This document shows, piece after piece, positions 25,456 through 39,449 of a DNA stretch of 64,000 nucleotides. The notes under the pieces were generated by a model. The model worked only from the letters and a program-made list of their open reading frames with translations, searched no databases and was not told the DNA's origin. The first letter of the stretch is position 1; every line of letters begins with the position of its first letter. Source of the DNA: Raja brachyura (Eukaryota); the NCBI GenBank assembly GCA_963514005.1, contig OY740784.1:124682001-124746000 (forward strand), read 5' to 3'. The translations under genes and the position numbers were made by a program.

Positions 25456-25635
25456 NNNNNNNNNNNNNNNNNNNNNNNNNNNNNNNNNNNNNNNNNNNNN
25501 NNNNNNNNNNNNNNNNNNNNNNNNNNNNNNNNNNNNNNNNNNNNNNNNNNNNNNNNNNNNNNNNNNNNNNNNNNNNNNNNNNNNNNNNNNNNNNNNNNNN
25601 NNNNNNNNNNNNNNNNNNNNNNNNNNNNNNNNNNN
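25456..25635. other. Assembly gap
   Basis: Run of N. Confidence 0.99.
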
Positions 25636-26336
25636 CCCTCCCACCCTGACCCCTCATACACTCCTCCCCCCTCACACACTCCCCCCCCCCCCGCCCCATC
25701 CCCTCACACACTCCCTCCCTCCCTCTCTCCCTTCCTCTCTCCGCCCCAGAGAAGTGGCAGGTGGAACATCATGCAGCAAAGTGTGGAGTCGTGCATGCTG
25801 GTCGCAGGAATAAAGGCAAAGTCTATTTTGTAAATGGGGACAGAATTGGGAAATAAGAGGTGTAGCTGGTGCAGGATTCCCAAAATGTTCATCTGCGGTC
25901 CAATCAGTAGTAACAAAAGCAAACTTGATGCTGACATTTATTTACAGAGGGCTTGTGTACAACAGGGATGTAATGGTCAGACTCTACAAGGTGGGATGTA
26001 ATGGTGACTCTACAAGGCGCTGGCCAGGCAGCATCTGGAATATTGTAAGGGGTTCTGGGCCCCGTATCTGAGGAAGGATGTGCCGGCTCTGGAGAGGGTC
26101 CAGAGGAGGTTTATAAGGATTAACCTATGATCACTGACACAAGGTCAAAGGTTACCGGTACCTGGAGGACAAGAACTAGAACCAATCGGAGCAGGGAGAA
26201 ACTCCCCGTGACCCGCGGGACAGCACGGAACGACAGAGGCAGAGGAATGGCCTCAATGGCACTCTCTCCTCTCCTCTCCCCTCTCCTCGCTCCTCTCCTC
26301 CCCTCCTCTCTCCTCCTCCCTCTCTTTCTCTCTCTC

Positions 26337-27130
26337 AGACTTAAAAATCAAGTCTGCAATTTGTCCCACCAGATAAAGCATAAAAACAAGTTTAATGTGA
26401 CCCCTAATTCACTTTCATCTCTTCAGTATTAAAAACGTTATGGCCATTTTCATACTCGGAAATTAGCATCTTATTCCCTATCGCTTTTCCATTGGCTTAA
26501 CACAAAAGCTGTGATCGAGGACCGTCAAAAGCCCATTAGTTTCTTAAAAATCAAGAGAACTGAATGAAATGTTCAGTTATTATAGTTGAAGCATTCTGAA
26601 ACAAATATAAAACATCTTACTTGGATGACCTGAAATTAAAGCATATAATTAGTTAATTACCTAATTGTAGTTAATTACAAAATTGACCGTTGTGACGGAA
26701 ATAGTAATAAACACCCAGACTGCCTTGAAAATTCAACAATGTGATATTCTCAAGATCAGAACTTTAATATTGTTGAATAATAAGCTGTAAGTCCGTAACA
26801 GATAGGTAAATAAATGACAATTTCTAGCAATAGACTGTCTTTATGGAGAAGATCTGTTGCTAGCTGGTACATTGGCATATCATAATCAGTAGCATCATCA
26901 TTCTCCTCAGATTGTAACCAATAAGCAACTCTGTACACCTTGTTTTTCCTCAACTTTTCAATGTTGGCATTGTAAACTACAAGTTTTTGCTCTTCAAACC
27001 ACGCATGACATGTCGTTCTGCCCACTACTTTCACATTAACAATGTCCTGCAGATTCCATTTCTTAAGAAAAGGATAATTTTTTTTAACAGCCCAAGTATC
27101 CAAATAACAAACTAATTCCATTCACACAAG
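26337..27130. mobile_element. DNA transposon end (possibly Academ-like) with a minus-strand ORF remnant; partial duplicate at 30268-30850
   Basis: Matches the TAG-terminated repeat at 4716-4810. ORF 26756-27121 is duplicated at 30467-30832. Confidence 0.5.
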
Positions 27131-27201
27131 AATTCACAATATACCATGATTGAGCCCAACACAATATACACAATATACAACACCATAACACAATATACAC
27201 A

Positions 27202-28150
27202 CCATTGAGGATAAATGGGGATACTGTGGATAGGGTGAGTGTTGTAAATACCTGGGAGTCCACATCTCTGAGGATGACATGGACATCACACGGTGCAGCA
27301 CTCGTGAGTAAAGGGCCGGTGCTGCCAGCGAGCGAGCGCGACCAAACCGACGTGGCGCAAAGTTGGAGCGAAGTCCGCGGTAAGTTTGCAAGGACAGAGA
27401 GGGACACACAGAGAGGGTCACGGAGGCACGACGTTGAGGCGGTGCATAATGCGTCGAGGTGGCTGCGGGCCGACAGGCTGTTGCCGCGCGGAATTTTTGA
27501 ACGGTCAGTTTTTCAGAGCCCCGCGCGATGTCGGGACCAGCTTCGGATAACTCCATACGACTCTGGCGATCGAAGTGGGACTGGCCCCACGAGGCCAGAC
27601 GGCTCAAGCGACCACGTTAGGTCGCACTCACCAAATGGAGTCGCATGGTGATGGGACAGGCCCTTTAGGCAAGACATTGCCTTTACCACCTCAGGCAATT
27701 GAGGAAATTCAGAGTGTCTCTGAGGATCCTCCAGTGCTTCTACTCAGCGGCTGTGGAAAGCATCTTGTCCGGAAACATTACAATCTGGTTTGGGAATTGC
27801 TCTGCCCAGGACAAGAAGGCTCTGCAGAGAGTAGTGCGCTCGGCCGAACGCACTATGGGAACTACACTCGCCCCCTGCAGGAATTATACATCAGGAGGTG
27901 CAACTCCAGAGCCAATAAGATCATGGGAGACCCCTTCCACCCCTGCAACGGACTGTTCCAGCTGCTACGGTCAAGCAAACGCCTCCGTTGCCATGCTGTG
28001 AGAACGGAGAGGATGAGAAGGCGTTTCTTCCCAGAGGCCATTAGGACTGTAAACTCCTATCTCACCAGGGACTAACATTACTGGACCACCCTACTGTTTT
28101 TTCACAATTGCTGTTTTTTTTCCTTTTTCCTTCCTCCCACAATATGCAAT
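27202..28150 (+). mobile_element. Rex/Babar-type LINE 3' part interrupted by a Harbinger-like MITE (~27312-27665)
   Basis: RINGDTVDRV..YLGVHISED..LVSK|AR..YHLRQLRKF..FYSAAVESILSGNITIWFG..FFPEAIR. The insert is bounded by TAA-AGGGCC...GGCCCT-TTA. Confidence 0.7.
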
Positions 28151-28574
28151 TGGGGGGGGTGCGTTCGGTGCGATCGCATCCCGCTTTTTCCCCGCAGAAA
28201 AATAAAAAATCTTGAGAAAATAAATTTAAAAAACAGGAGCACAATCAGCGTTTCCACTTTGTCAGAATTCTGGTTCCAGCCGCGACCATCCGTGCCTGCG
28301 CAGTTGGGGAAGCGACGCAAAATGACGCCATCTTGTCACGCGTGCGCAGTGGGCTCGGGCAGGATCAGACTGGCATTTATACTCCACACATTCAGCTCGA
28401 TGCCTCGCGTCTACTCCAGGTGAGTAGTGGAATATTGCGTTGCAGGCGGGGGAGTCTGTGAGGGGATCTAATCCGGCCAGCCCGATGGTTTAGAAACCCA
28501 TTTCTCCAGGCCCTCTCCTCTCGCCTCCCCCTGCCGCCAGGGCCCAAGCCAACTTCCGCCCACGCTGGGCCTAT

Positions 28575-29333
28575 GCCACCCCCGCTGGACCCACACCACC
28601 CCCGCTGGACCCACACCAACCCTGCCACCCCCGCTGGACCCACACCAACCCCGCTGGACACACGCCAACCCCGCTGGACCCACGCCAACCCCGCTGGACC
28701 CACGCCAACCCCGCTGGACCCACGCCAACCCCGCTGGACCCACGCCAACCCCGCTGGACCCACGCCAACCCCGCTGGACCCATGCCAACCCAACTGGACC
28801 TACGCCAACCCCGCCAACCCCGCTGGACCCACACCAACCCCGCTGGACCCACACCAACCCCGCCACCCCCGAAGGACCCACACCAACCCCGCTGGACCCA
28901 CACCAACCCCGTTGGACCCCCGCCAACCCCGCTGGACCCCCGCCAACCCCGCTGGACCCCCGCCAACCCCGCTGGACCTGCGCCAACCCCGCTGGACCCG
29001 CGCCAACCCCGCTGGACCCACGCCAACCCCGCTGGGCCCACGCCAACCCCGCTGGGCCCACGCCAACCCCGCTGGACCCACGCCAACCCCGCTGGACCCA
29101 CGCCAACCCCGCTGGACCCATGCAACCACGCCAACCCCGCTGGACCCACGCCACCCCCGCTGGACCCACGCCAACCCCGCTGGACCCATGCAACCACGCC
29201 ACCCCCGCTGGAACCCCGCCACCCCCGCTGGACCCACGCCAACCCCACTGGACCCATGCCAATCCTGCTGGACCCACGCCAACCCCACTGGACCCACACC
29301 AACCCCACTGGACCCACGCCAACCCCGCTGGAC
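28575..29333 (+). repeat. 20-bp minisatellite array 1 (CCACGCCAACCCCGCTGGAC)
   Basis: Directly visible. Confidence 0.95.
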
Positions 29334-30029
29334 CAAACCGACGTGGCACAAAGTTGGAGCGAAGTCCGCGGTAAGTTTGCAAGGACAGAGAGGGACACAC
29401 AGAGAGGGTCACGGAGGCACGACGTTGAGGCGGTGCATAATGCGTCGAGGTGGCTGCGGGCCGACAGGCCGTTGCCGCGCGGAATTTTTGAACGGTCAGT
29501 TTTTCAGAGCCCCGCGTGATGTCGGGACCAGCTTCGGATAACTCCATACGACTCCGGCGATCGAAGTGGGACTGGCCCCACGAGGCCAGATGGCTCAAAC
29601 GACCACGTTAGGTCGCACTCACCAAATAGAGTCGCATGGTGATGGGACAGGCCCTTTAGGCAAGACATTGCCTTTACCACCGCAGGCAATTGAGGAAATT
29701 CAGAGTGTCTCTGGTTCCAGAATTCTGGTTCCAGCCGCGACCATCCGTGCCTGCGCAGTTGGGGAAGCGACGCAAAATGACGCCATCTTGTCACGCGTGC
29801 GCAGTGGACTCGGGCAGGATCAGACTGGCATTTATACTCCACACATTCAGCTCGATGCCTCGCGTCTACTCCAGGTGAGTAGTGGAATATTGCGTTGCAG
29901 GCGGGGGAGTCTGTGAGGGGATCTAATCCGGCCAGCCCGATGGTTTAGAAACCCATTTCTCCAGGCCCTCTCCTCTCGTCTCCCCCTGCCGCCAGGGCCC
30001 AAGCCACCTTCCGCCCACGCTGGGCCTAT

Positions 30030-30268
30030 GCCACCCCCGCTGGACCCACACAACCCCCGCTGGACCCACACCAACCCTGCCACCCCCGCTGGACCCACAC
30101 CAACCCCGCTGGACCCACGCCAACCCCGCTGGACCCACGCCAACCCCGCTGGACCCACGCCAACCCCGCCAACCCCGCCAACCCCGCTGACCCCCGCTGG
30201 ACCCACGCCAACCCCGCTGGACCCACGCCAACCCCGCCAACCCCGCTGGACCCCCGCCACCCCCGCTG
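30030..30268 (+). repeat. 20-bp minisatellite array 2
   Basis: Same unit. Confidence 0.95.
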
Positions 30269-31639
30269 AACTGAATGAAATGTTCAGTTATTATAGTTGA
30301 AGCATTCTGAAACAAATATAAAACATCTTACTTGGATGACCTGAAATTAAAGCATATAATTAGTTAATTACCTAATTGTAGTTAATTACAAAATTGACCG
30401 TTGTGACGGAAATAGTAATAAACACCCAGACTGCCTTGAAAATTCAACAATGTGATATTCTCAAGATCAGAACTTTAATATTGTTGAATAATAAGCTGTA
30501 AGTCCGTAACAGATAGGTAAATAAATGACAATTTCTAGCAATAGACTGTCTTTATGGAGAAGATCTGTTGCTAGCTGGTACATTGGCATATCATAATCAG
30601 TAGCATCATCACACTCCTCAGATTGTAACCAATAAGCAACTCTGTACACCTTGTTTTTCCTCAACTTTTCAATGTTGGCATTGTAAACTACAAGTTTTTG
30701 CTCTTCAAACCACGCATGACATGTCGTTCTGCCCACTACTTTCACATTAACAATGTCCTGCAGATTCCATTTCTTAAGAAAAGGATAATTTTTTTTAACA
30801 GCCCAAGTATCCAAATAACAAACTAATTCCATTCACACAAGAATTCACAATATACCATGATTGAGCCCAACACAATATACACAATATACAACACCATAAC
30901 ACAATATACACACCATTGAGGATAAATGGGGATACTGTGGATAGGGTGAGTGTTGTAAATACCTGGGAGTCCACATCTCTGAGGATGACATGGACATCAC
31001 ACGGTGCAGCACTCGTGAGTAAAGGGCCGGTGCTGCCAGCGAGCGAGCGCGACCAAACCGACGTGGCGCAAAGTTGGAGCGAAGTCCGCGGTAAGTTTGC
31101 AAGGACAGAGAGGGACACACAGAGAGGGTCACGGAGGCACGACGTTGAGGCGGTGCATAATGCGTCGAGGTAGCTGCGGGCCGACAGGCTGTTGCCGCGC
31201 GGAATTTTTGAACGGTCAGTTTTTCAGATCGGGTGCGATCGCATCCCGCTTTTTCCCCGCAGAAAAATAAAAAATCTTGAGAAAATAAATTTAAAAAACA
31301 GGAGCACAATCAGCGTTTCCACTTTGTCAGAATTCTGGTTCCAGCCGCGACCATCCGTGCCTGCGCAGTTGGGGAAGCGACGCAAAATGACGCCATCTTG
31401 TCACGCGTGCGCAGTGGGCTCGGGCAGGATCAGACTGGCATTTATACTCCACACATTCAGCTCGATGCCTCGCGTCTACTCCAGGTGAGTAGTGGAATAT
31501 TGCGTTGCAGGCGGGGGAGTCTGTGAGGGGATCTAATCCGGCCAGCCCGATGGTTTAGAAACCCATTTCTCCAGGCCCTCTCCTCTCGCCTCCCCCTGCC
31601 GCCAGGGCCCAAGCCAACTTCCGCCCACGCTGGGCCTAT

Positions 31640-32747
31640 GCCACCCCCGCTGGACCCACACCACCCCCGCTGGACCCACACCAACCCTGCCACCCCCGCT
31701 GGACCCACACCAACCCCGCTGGACCCACGCCAACCCCGCTGGACCCACGCCAACCCCGCTGGACCCACACCAACCCCTCTGGACCCACGCCAACCCCACT
31801 GGACCCACGCCAACCCCGCTGGACCCACGCCACCCCCGCTGGACCCACGCCAACCCCGCTGGACCCACGCCAACCCCGCTGGACCCACGCCAACCCCGCT
31901 GGACCCACGCCACCCCCGCTGGACCCACACCAACCCCGCTGGACCCAAGCCAACCCCGTTGGACCCATGCCAACCCCGCCAACCCCGCTGACCCCCGCTG
32001 GACCCACGCCAACCCCGCTGGACCCACGCCAACCCCGCCAACCCCGCTGGACCCACGCCAACCCCGCTGGACCCACGCCAACCCCGCTGGACCCACGCCA
32101 ACCCCGCTGGACCCACGCCAACCCCGCTGGACCCACGCCAACCCCGCTGGACCCACGCCAACCCCGCTGGACCCACGCCAACCCCGCTGGACCCACGCCA
32201 ACCCCGCTGGACCCATGCCAACCCAACTGGACCTACGCCAACCCCGCCAACCCCGCTGGACCCACACCAACCCCGCTGGACCCACACCAACCCCGCCACC
32301 CCCGAAGGACCCACACCAACCCCGCTGGACCCACACCAACCCCGTTGGACCCCCGCCAACCCCGCTGGACCTGCGCCAACCCCGCTGGACCTGCGCCAAC
32401 CCCGCTGGACCCGCGCCAACCCCGCTGGACCCACGCCAACCCCGCTGGACCCACGCCAACCCCGCTGGACCCACGCCAACCCCGCTGGACCCACGCCAAC
32501 CCCGCTGGACCCACGCCAACCCCGCTGGACCCATGCAACCACGCCAACCCCGCTGGACCCACGCCACCCCCGCTGGACCCACGCCAACCCCGCTGGACCC
32601 ATGCAACCACGCCACCCCCGCTGGAACCCCGCCACCCCCGCTGGACCCACGCCAACCCCACTGGACCCATGCCAATCCTGCTGGACCCACGCCAACCCCA
32701 CTGGACCCACACCAACCCCACTGGACCCACGCCAACCCCGCTGGACC
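31640..32747 (+). repeat. 20-bp minisatellite array 3
   Basis: Same unit; the variant pattern parallels array 1. Confidence 0.95.
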
Positions 32748-33442
32748 AAACCGACGTGGCACAAAGTTGGAGCGAAGTCCGCGGTAAGTTTGCAAGGACA
32801 GAGAGGGACACACAGAGAGGGTCACGGAGGCACGACGTTGAGGCGGTGCATAATGCGTCGAGGTGGCTGCGGGCCGACAGGCCGTTGCCGCGCGGAATTT
32901 TTGAACGGTCAGTTTTTCAGAGCCCCGCGTGATGTCGGGACCAGCTTCGGATAACTCCATACGACTCCGGCGATCGAAGTGGGACTGGCCCCACGAGGCC
33001 AGATGGCTCAAACGACCACGTTAGGTCGCACTCACCAAATAGAGTCGCATGGTGATGGGACAGGCCCTTTAGGCAAGACATTGCCTTTACCACCGCAGGC
33101 AATTGAGGAAATTCAGAGTGTCTCTGGTTCCAGAATTCTGGTTCCAGCCGCGACCATCCGTGCCTGCGCAGTTGGGGAAGCGACGCAAAATGACGCCATC
33201 TTGTCACGCGTGCGCAGTGGACTCGGGCAGGATCAGACTGGCATTTATACTCCACACATTCAGCTCGATGCCTCGCGTCTACTCCAGGTGAGTAGTGGAA
33301 TATTGCGTTGCAGGCGGGGGAGTCTGTGAGGGGATCTAATCCGGCCAGCCCGATGGTTTAGAAACCCATTTCTCCAGGCCCTCTCCTCTCGTCTCCCCCT
33401 GCCGCCAGGGCCCAAGCCACCTTCCGCCCACGCTGGGCCTAT

Positions 33443-36107
33443 GCCACCCCCGCTGGACCCACACAACCCCCGCTGGACCCACACCAACCCTGCCACCCCC
33501 GCTGGACCCACACCAACCCCGCTGGACCCACGCCAACCCCGCTGGACCCACGCCAACCCCGCTGGACCCACGCCAACCCCACTGGACCCACGCCAACCCC
33601 GCTGGACCAACGCCACCCCCGCTGCACCCACGCCAACCCCGCTGGACCCACGCCAACCCCGCTGGACCCACGCCAACCCCGCTGCACCCACGCCAACCCC
33701 GCTGCACCCACGCCAACCCCGCTGCACCCACGCCAACCCCGCTGGACCCACGCCAACCCCGCTGGACCCATGCCAACCCCGCCAACCCCGCTGACCCCCG
33801 CTGGACCCACGCCAACCCCGCCAACCCCGCTGGACCCACGCCAACCCCGCTGGACCCACGCCAACCCCGCCAACCCCGCTGACCCCCGCTGGACCCACGC
33901 CAACCCCGCTGGACCCACGCCAACCCCGTCAACCCCGCTGGACCCACGCCAACCCCGCTGGACCCACGCCAACCCCGCTTGTCCCACGCCAACCCCGCTG
34001 GACCCACGCCAATCCCGCTGGACCCACGCCAACCCCGCTGGACCCACGCCAACCCCGCCAACCCCGCTGACCCCCGCTGGACCCACGCCAACCCCACTGG
34101 ACCACGCCAACCCCACCAACCCCGCTGGACCCACGCCAACCCTGCTGGACCCACGCCAACCCCGCTGGACCCACGCCAACCCCGCTGGACCCATGCCAAC
34201 CCCACTGGACCTACGCCAACCCCGCCAACCCCGCTGGACCCACACCAACCCCGCTGGACCCCCGCCAACCCCGTTGGACCCACACCAACCCCGCTGGACC
34301 CACGCCAACCCCGCTGGACCCACGCCAACCCCGCTGACCCCCGCTGGACCCACGCCAACCCCGCCAACCCCGCTGGACCCCCGCCACCCCCGCTGGACCC
34401 CCGCCACCCCCGCTGGACCCCCGCTGGACCCAGGCCAACCCCGCTGGACCCGCGCCAACCCCGCTGGACCCACGCCAACCCCGCTGGACCCACACCAACC
34501 CCGCTGGACCCCCGCCAACCCCGCTGGACCCACACCAACCCTGCTGGACCCACGCCAACCCCGCTGGACCCACGCCAACCCCGCTGACCCACGCCAACCC
34601 CGCCAACCCCGCTGGACCCCCGCCACCCCCGCTGGACCCCCGCCACCCCCGCTGGACCCCCGCCACCCCCGCTGGACCCAGGCCAACCCCGCTGGACCCG
34701 CGCCAATCCCGCTGGACCCGCGCCAATCCCGCTGGACCCACGCCAACCCCGCTGGACCCACGCCAACCCCACTGGACCCATGCAACCACGCCAACCCCGC
34801 TGGACCCACGCCACCCCCGCTGGACCCACGCCAACCCCGCTGGACCCATGCAACCACGCCAACCCCGCTGGACCCATGCCACCCCCGCTGGACCCACGCC
34901 AACCCCGCTGGACCCATGCAACCACGCCAACCCCGCTGGACCCACGCCACCCCCGCTGGACCCACGCCAACCCCGCTGGACCCATGCAACCACGCCAACC
35001 CCGCTGGACCCATGCCACCCCCGCTGGACCCACGCCAACCCCGCTGGACCCATGCAACCACGCCAACCCCGCTGGAACCCCACCACCCCCGCTGGACCCA
35101 CGCCAACCCCACTGGACCCATGCCAACCCTGCTGGACCCACGCCAACCCCACTGGACCCACGCCAACCCCACTGGACCCACGCCAACCCTGCTGGACCCA
35201 CGCCAACCCCACTGGACCCACACCAACCCCACTGGACCCACGCCAACCCCGCTGGACCCATGCAACAACGCCAACCCCGCTGGACCCACGCGAACCCCAC
35301 TGGACACATGCCAACCTCGCTGGACCCACGCCAACCTCGCTGGACCCACGCCAACCCCACTGGACCCACGCCAACCCCGCTGGACCCACGCCAACCCCGC
35401 TGGACCCATGCCAACCCCGCCAACCCCCATGGACCCACGCCAACCCCGCTGGACCCACGCCAACCCCGCTGGACCCATGCAACCACGCCAACCCCGCTGG
35501 ACCCACGCCACCCCCGCTGGACCCACGCCAACCCCGCTGGACCCATGCCACCACGCCAACCCCGCTGGACCCATGCCACCCCCGCTGGACCCACGCCAAC
35601 CCCGCTGGACCCATGCAACCACGCCAACCCCGCTGGACCCACGCCACCCCCGCTGGACCCACGCCACCCCCGCTGGACCCACGCCAACCCCGCTGGACCC
35701 ATGCAACCACGCCAACCCCGCTGGACCCATGCCACCCCCGCTGGACCCACGCCAACCCCGCTGGACCCATGCAACCACGCCAACCCCGCTGGAACCTCGC
35801 CACCCCCGCTGGACCCACGCCAACCCCACTGGACCCATGCCAACCCTGCTGGACCCACGCCAACCCCACTGGACCCACACCAACCCCACTGGACCCACGC
35901 CAACCCCGCTGGACCCATGCAACAACGCCAACCCCGCTGGACCCACGCGAACCCCACTGGACACATGCCAACCTCGCTGGACCCACGCCAACCCCACTGG
36001 ACCCACGCCAACCCCACTGGACCCACGCCAACCCCGCTGGACCCATGCCAACCCCGCCAACCCCGCTGGACCCACGCCAACCCCACTGGACCCACGCCAT
36101 CCCCGCT
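33443..36107 (+). repeat. 20-bp minisatellite array 4 (~2.7 kb)
   Basis: Same unit with higher-order variants. Confidence 0.95.
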
Positions 36108-36519
36108 GTCACACGTCACTCATGCCCGGGCTGCGCCACCTTCATCCTTGTCCCCACCCGCTAGAAAGAGGGGGTCGGGATGTGAGGGGGGGGGGAGGGG
36201 GAGAGAGAGGGAAAGGGGGATTATCTTTAGTGAGATTGCTAAATTAATGTAGGTTTTAGAGCTATTATATTTTCTCCTCCATATGAATAATATTAAACAA
36301 TATCAAATAATATCAAACAATTGGAACTGCTGTATTTTCCTCGATAACAATACTGAAATATATGAATTCCATAGTTTGTGACATAAATATACATTTTAAT
36401 GGGACCCTTATATACAGATGTAACATTTCCATTTCAAGATCGGGGGGGATGGGGGGCAAATATGTGTCAAGCCGATAGCCTAATCATTAAAGAGTTAAAA
36501 GATAGCCTAATCGATAAAG

Positions 36520-37555
36520 AGTTGAGACGAGGAATCAGAGCTGCCAAGGAAAGTTAATCTGAGAAGTTGTGGAGCAAGTTCTCAGCCAGTGACTCTTCCT
36601 CAGTTTGGAAGGGCTTGCAAGAAATCACCAGCTACAAGAGGAAAGCCCCCCCGCTCTTTGGACAATCGTCAGCTGACCAACGACCTGAATGAGTTTTACT
36701 GCAGGTTTGAAAATCAGAAACGTAACCCTGGTACCCCCTTCCCAACCAACACAGCCAGACCCCAGTCTGCAAAGAATAGACCCTGCACCCTCTCCTTCCC
36801 ATTCACCACTTCACACCTACTTAAGGCAAGACTCCAGCATGAAAAGAATGGACCCTTTCCCACCCCAACCAACACTTCACACCCACTCACAGCCTGACCT
36901 CAGTCTGCAAAGACTGGGCCCTTCTACACCCACCCCACTCCAATCACCACTTCACACCCAATTACTCATTTTTAACCAATATCTGCAAAGATGTACTGTC
37001 CCTGCCTGCTTCAAAGTCTCCACTATTGTCCCTGTACCTTAAAAGGCATGGATTACTTGTCTTAATGACTACATCTGCAGTCATGAAAACCCTTGAAAGG
37101 TTTCTGCTGGCCAATCTGAAAAAATATCACAAACCCCCTGCTGGACCCTCTGCATTTTGCATATTGGCCAATAGATCTGTGGATGCTGCAGTCAATCTGG
37201 GCCTGCACTACATCCTGCAGCACCCAGACCGCCAGGGGACCTATGCAAGGATTTTGTTTGTTGATTTTAGCTCTGCATTCAACACCATTGTGCCAGAGCT
37301 ACTATGCTCCAAACTTTCTGAGTTGACTGTGCCTGAACCCCTCTGTCGGTGGATCACCAGCTTTCTGACAGACAGGAAGCAGCATGTGAGGCGGGAAAGC
37401 ATATCTCGGACCCACAAACGCTCAGCATAGGAGCATCACAAGATGCGCACTCTCCCCTCTCCTCTACTGTCGCCACACCATTGACTGCACATCCACAGAC
37501 ACCTCTGTCAAGCTTGTCAAGTTTGCAGACCCTGATTGGACTGATCCAGGATGGG
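36520..37555 (+). mobile_element. Degenerate Rex/Babar-type LINE RT fragment
   Basis: LNEFYCRF, VPACFKVSTIVPVP, ARILFVDFSSAFNTI, WITSFLTDRKQ. Confidence 0.8.
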
Positions 37556-37874
37556 GATCTCTGTACTCTTTTCAGTTTGACATCTTTCCTATAACATGTT
37601 GCACAGAACTGAACACAATACACTAAATGCAGTCTCACCAACATCTTATACAACTGCAACATGACCGGCCAACTTCTATACTCAATACTCTGACTGATGA
37701 AGGCCCAGGCATGTGCCGTGAGTAATTACTCAGGGTAGGCACTCATTCCGCTTTTTAAAAAAAATTAAACCGCGCATGCGCAGATTGTTTGCTCCGTTAA
37801 ATAAATAAATGAATAAAGACAGTGACATTTCAATTTGCCCAAGGCTTCCTAGTCCTAGACGAATTGGGGGAACA

Positions 37875-38556
37875 GTTCCTTTCACAGCGTGTGTAGAGTC
37901 TGTGCGAGGGGTAAAGTTGTGGGGAGGGCACGAGTGTTGAGAAGGAGGGTGTCGGGGATAATGCCAGTAACTCACTCACTCACCGCCACCGCAGCTCTCC
38001 GGGCGCGAAACCACGCACTGTAGCTGGGGATAGAAGCAGCTCGGGGAGCTACGAGCGGCCACCGGGACCCGACAGCAGAACTGGACGCCACTTCACCGCC
38101 TTCTGCCGGCCCGCTCACCTTTGGCAGTGCTCTCCGTCGGAACACCTGTTACCTGCCGTTTGCCGACTTCGCTCATGTCAGCGGCTTCCTGCAAATCCTT
38201 AAATTCCCACAGCCGAGTAACCTCAATCGTGCTGTCGGAATTTAAGGACATGAGTGAGGCCAGCGAGCGGCAGGAGAGAGGTTTTTAGACGGAGAGCTGC
38301 CAGAGGTGAGCGGGGACCGGCAGAAGGAGCTAAGGTGGCGGCTGGTTCCGCTGTCCGGCCCGGCGGCCGCTCAGCCACCCAAACTACTTCTCTCTCTCTC
38401 CCCCCCCCCCCCCCCCCCGGCCTCAATGTGGTGGCATTGCACGCCTCCGTGCAAGGAGCGTCGCAAGTGGATGCTCCCGACCCCTCATTCATAACATTCG
38501 TGCCCTCCCCGCAACTTTACCCTGGGCCAGACTCCCCAAATGCTGTGAAAGGAGCG
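37875..38556. mobile_element. MITE-like element with inverted repeats, same family as 5019-5571
   Basis: TTCCTTTCACAGC...GTTGTGGGGAGGGCACG versus CGTGCCCTCCCCGCAAC...GCTGTGAAAGGA. Confidence 0.6.
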
Positions 38557-38854
38557 CTCCCCCCACCCCCACACCCTGGGAAATACGGTATTTAAAAACA
38601 TAAACACAAAATGTACTTACCACATCATTGGTACACGACAAACCATAGTCAAAAACCCTGCCACGAAACTTGCGCTGCGCATGCGCAGTAGACCGATGCG
38701 CATGCGCAGTGCTGCAAAGGCAGAATTTCTGCTGCCTTCAGCCCCGCTTGAAATTGACGGCTTCAGGCAGCGCTGACGGCACGTGGGCTGCACAGGCCTT
38801 CCCGTGTTCAAGCATTGCGGATGAAAGGCACGGAGAATTATGCCTACCACGGAG

Positions 38855-39260
38855 TCCTGGAGTAACTTAGCGGGTCAGGCAGCATCTCTGGAGAGAGAGA
38901 ATGGTGACGTTTCGGGTCGAGGCCCTTCTTCAGACTGAAACTCACGGGAAAGGGAAATGGGAGACAATGGATGTAGAGAGATAAAGAACAAATGAAAATA
39001 AAGGAAACTGGCCATTGTTTGCTGTTTGTTGGGTGTGACTTGGGTGAGGGAGAGATGGTGATAGAGGGAATGCTGGGGTTACTTGATGTTAGAGAAATCA
39101 AGTCATATCACTGTTGTAAGCCTCTGTGGGAATGGGAAGGAGATTGAAAGTGTCCAGCAACCCGGAGATCAGGCAGGTTCAGGCGGCTGAGCGAAGGTGT
39201 TCCGTGAATCGATCGGCCAGTCTACGTTTGGTCTCGCCGATGTATAAGAGTCCACATCTT
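38855..39260 (-). mobile_element. Penelope-like element remnant (GIY-YIG fragment plus pLTR)
   Basis: Minus strand reads YIGETKRRLADRFTEHLRS, followed by the pLTR motif. Confidence 0.75.
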
Positions 39261-39449
39261 CTTGCAAACAGGTCTAGATACATTTTCTAAGAAGGGATCT
39301 AGTGGTTTTGTTGCTACATCTTCCGAGGATTTAGACGGCCATAGAATGGAGTGGATGTTTGTGTTGGAGCTTCGGTCGGCTGCCTAGTGTTTTATATTTA
39401 TATATATTAGAAGCTTTAAGCATGGTTACAGTCACATGCTTGTACTTGC

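Noticed and set aside
28575-36107. Satellite as an Ig switch region or CRISPR array
   Set aside because: It lies upstream of V rather than in the J-C intron, the unit lacks AGCT, there are no unique spacers, and the context is eukaryotic.
28392-36252. Long Gly/Pro-rich ORFs (up to 927 aa) on both strands
   Set aside because: Artefacts of a stop-free 20-bp satellite read in several frames.
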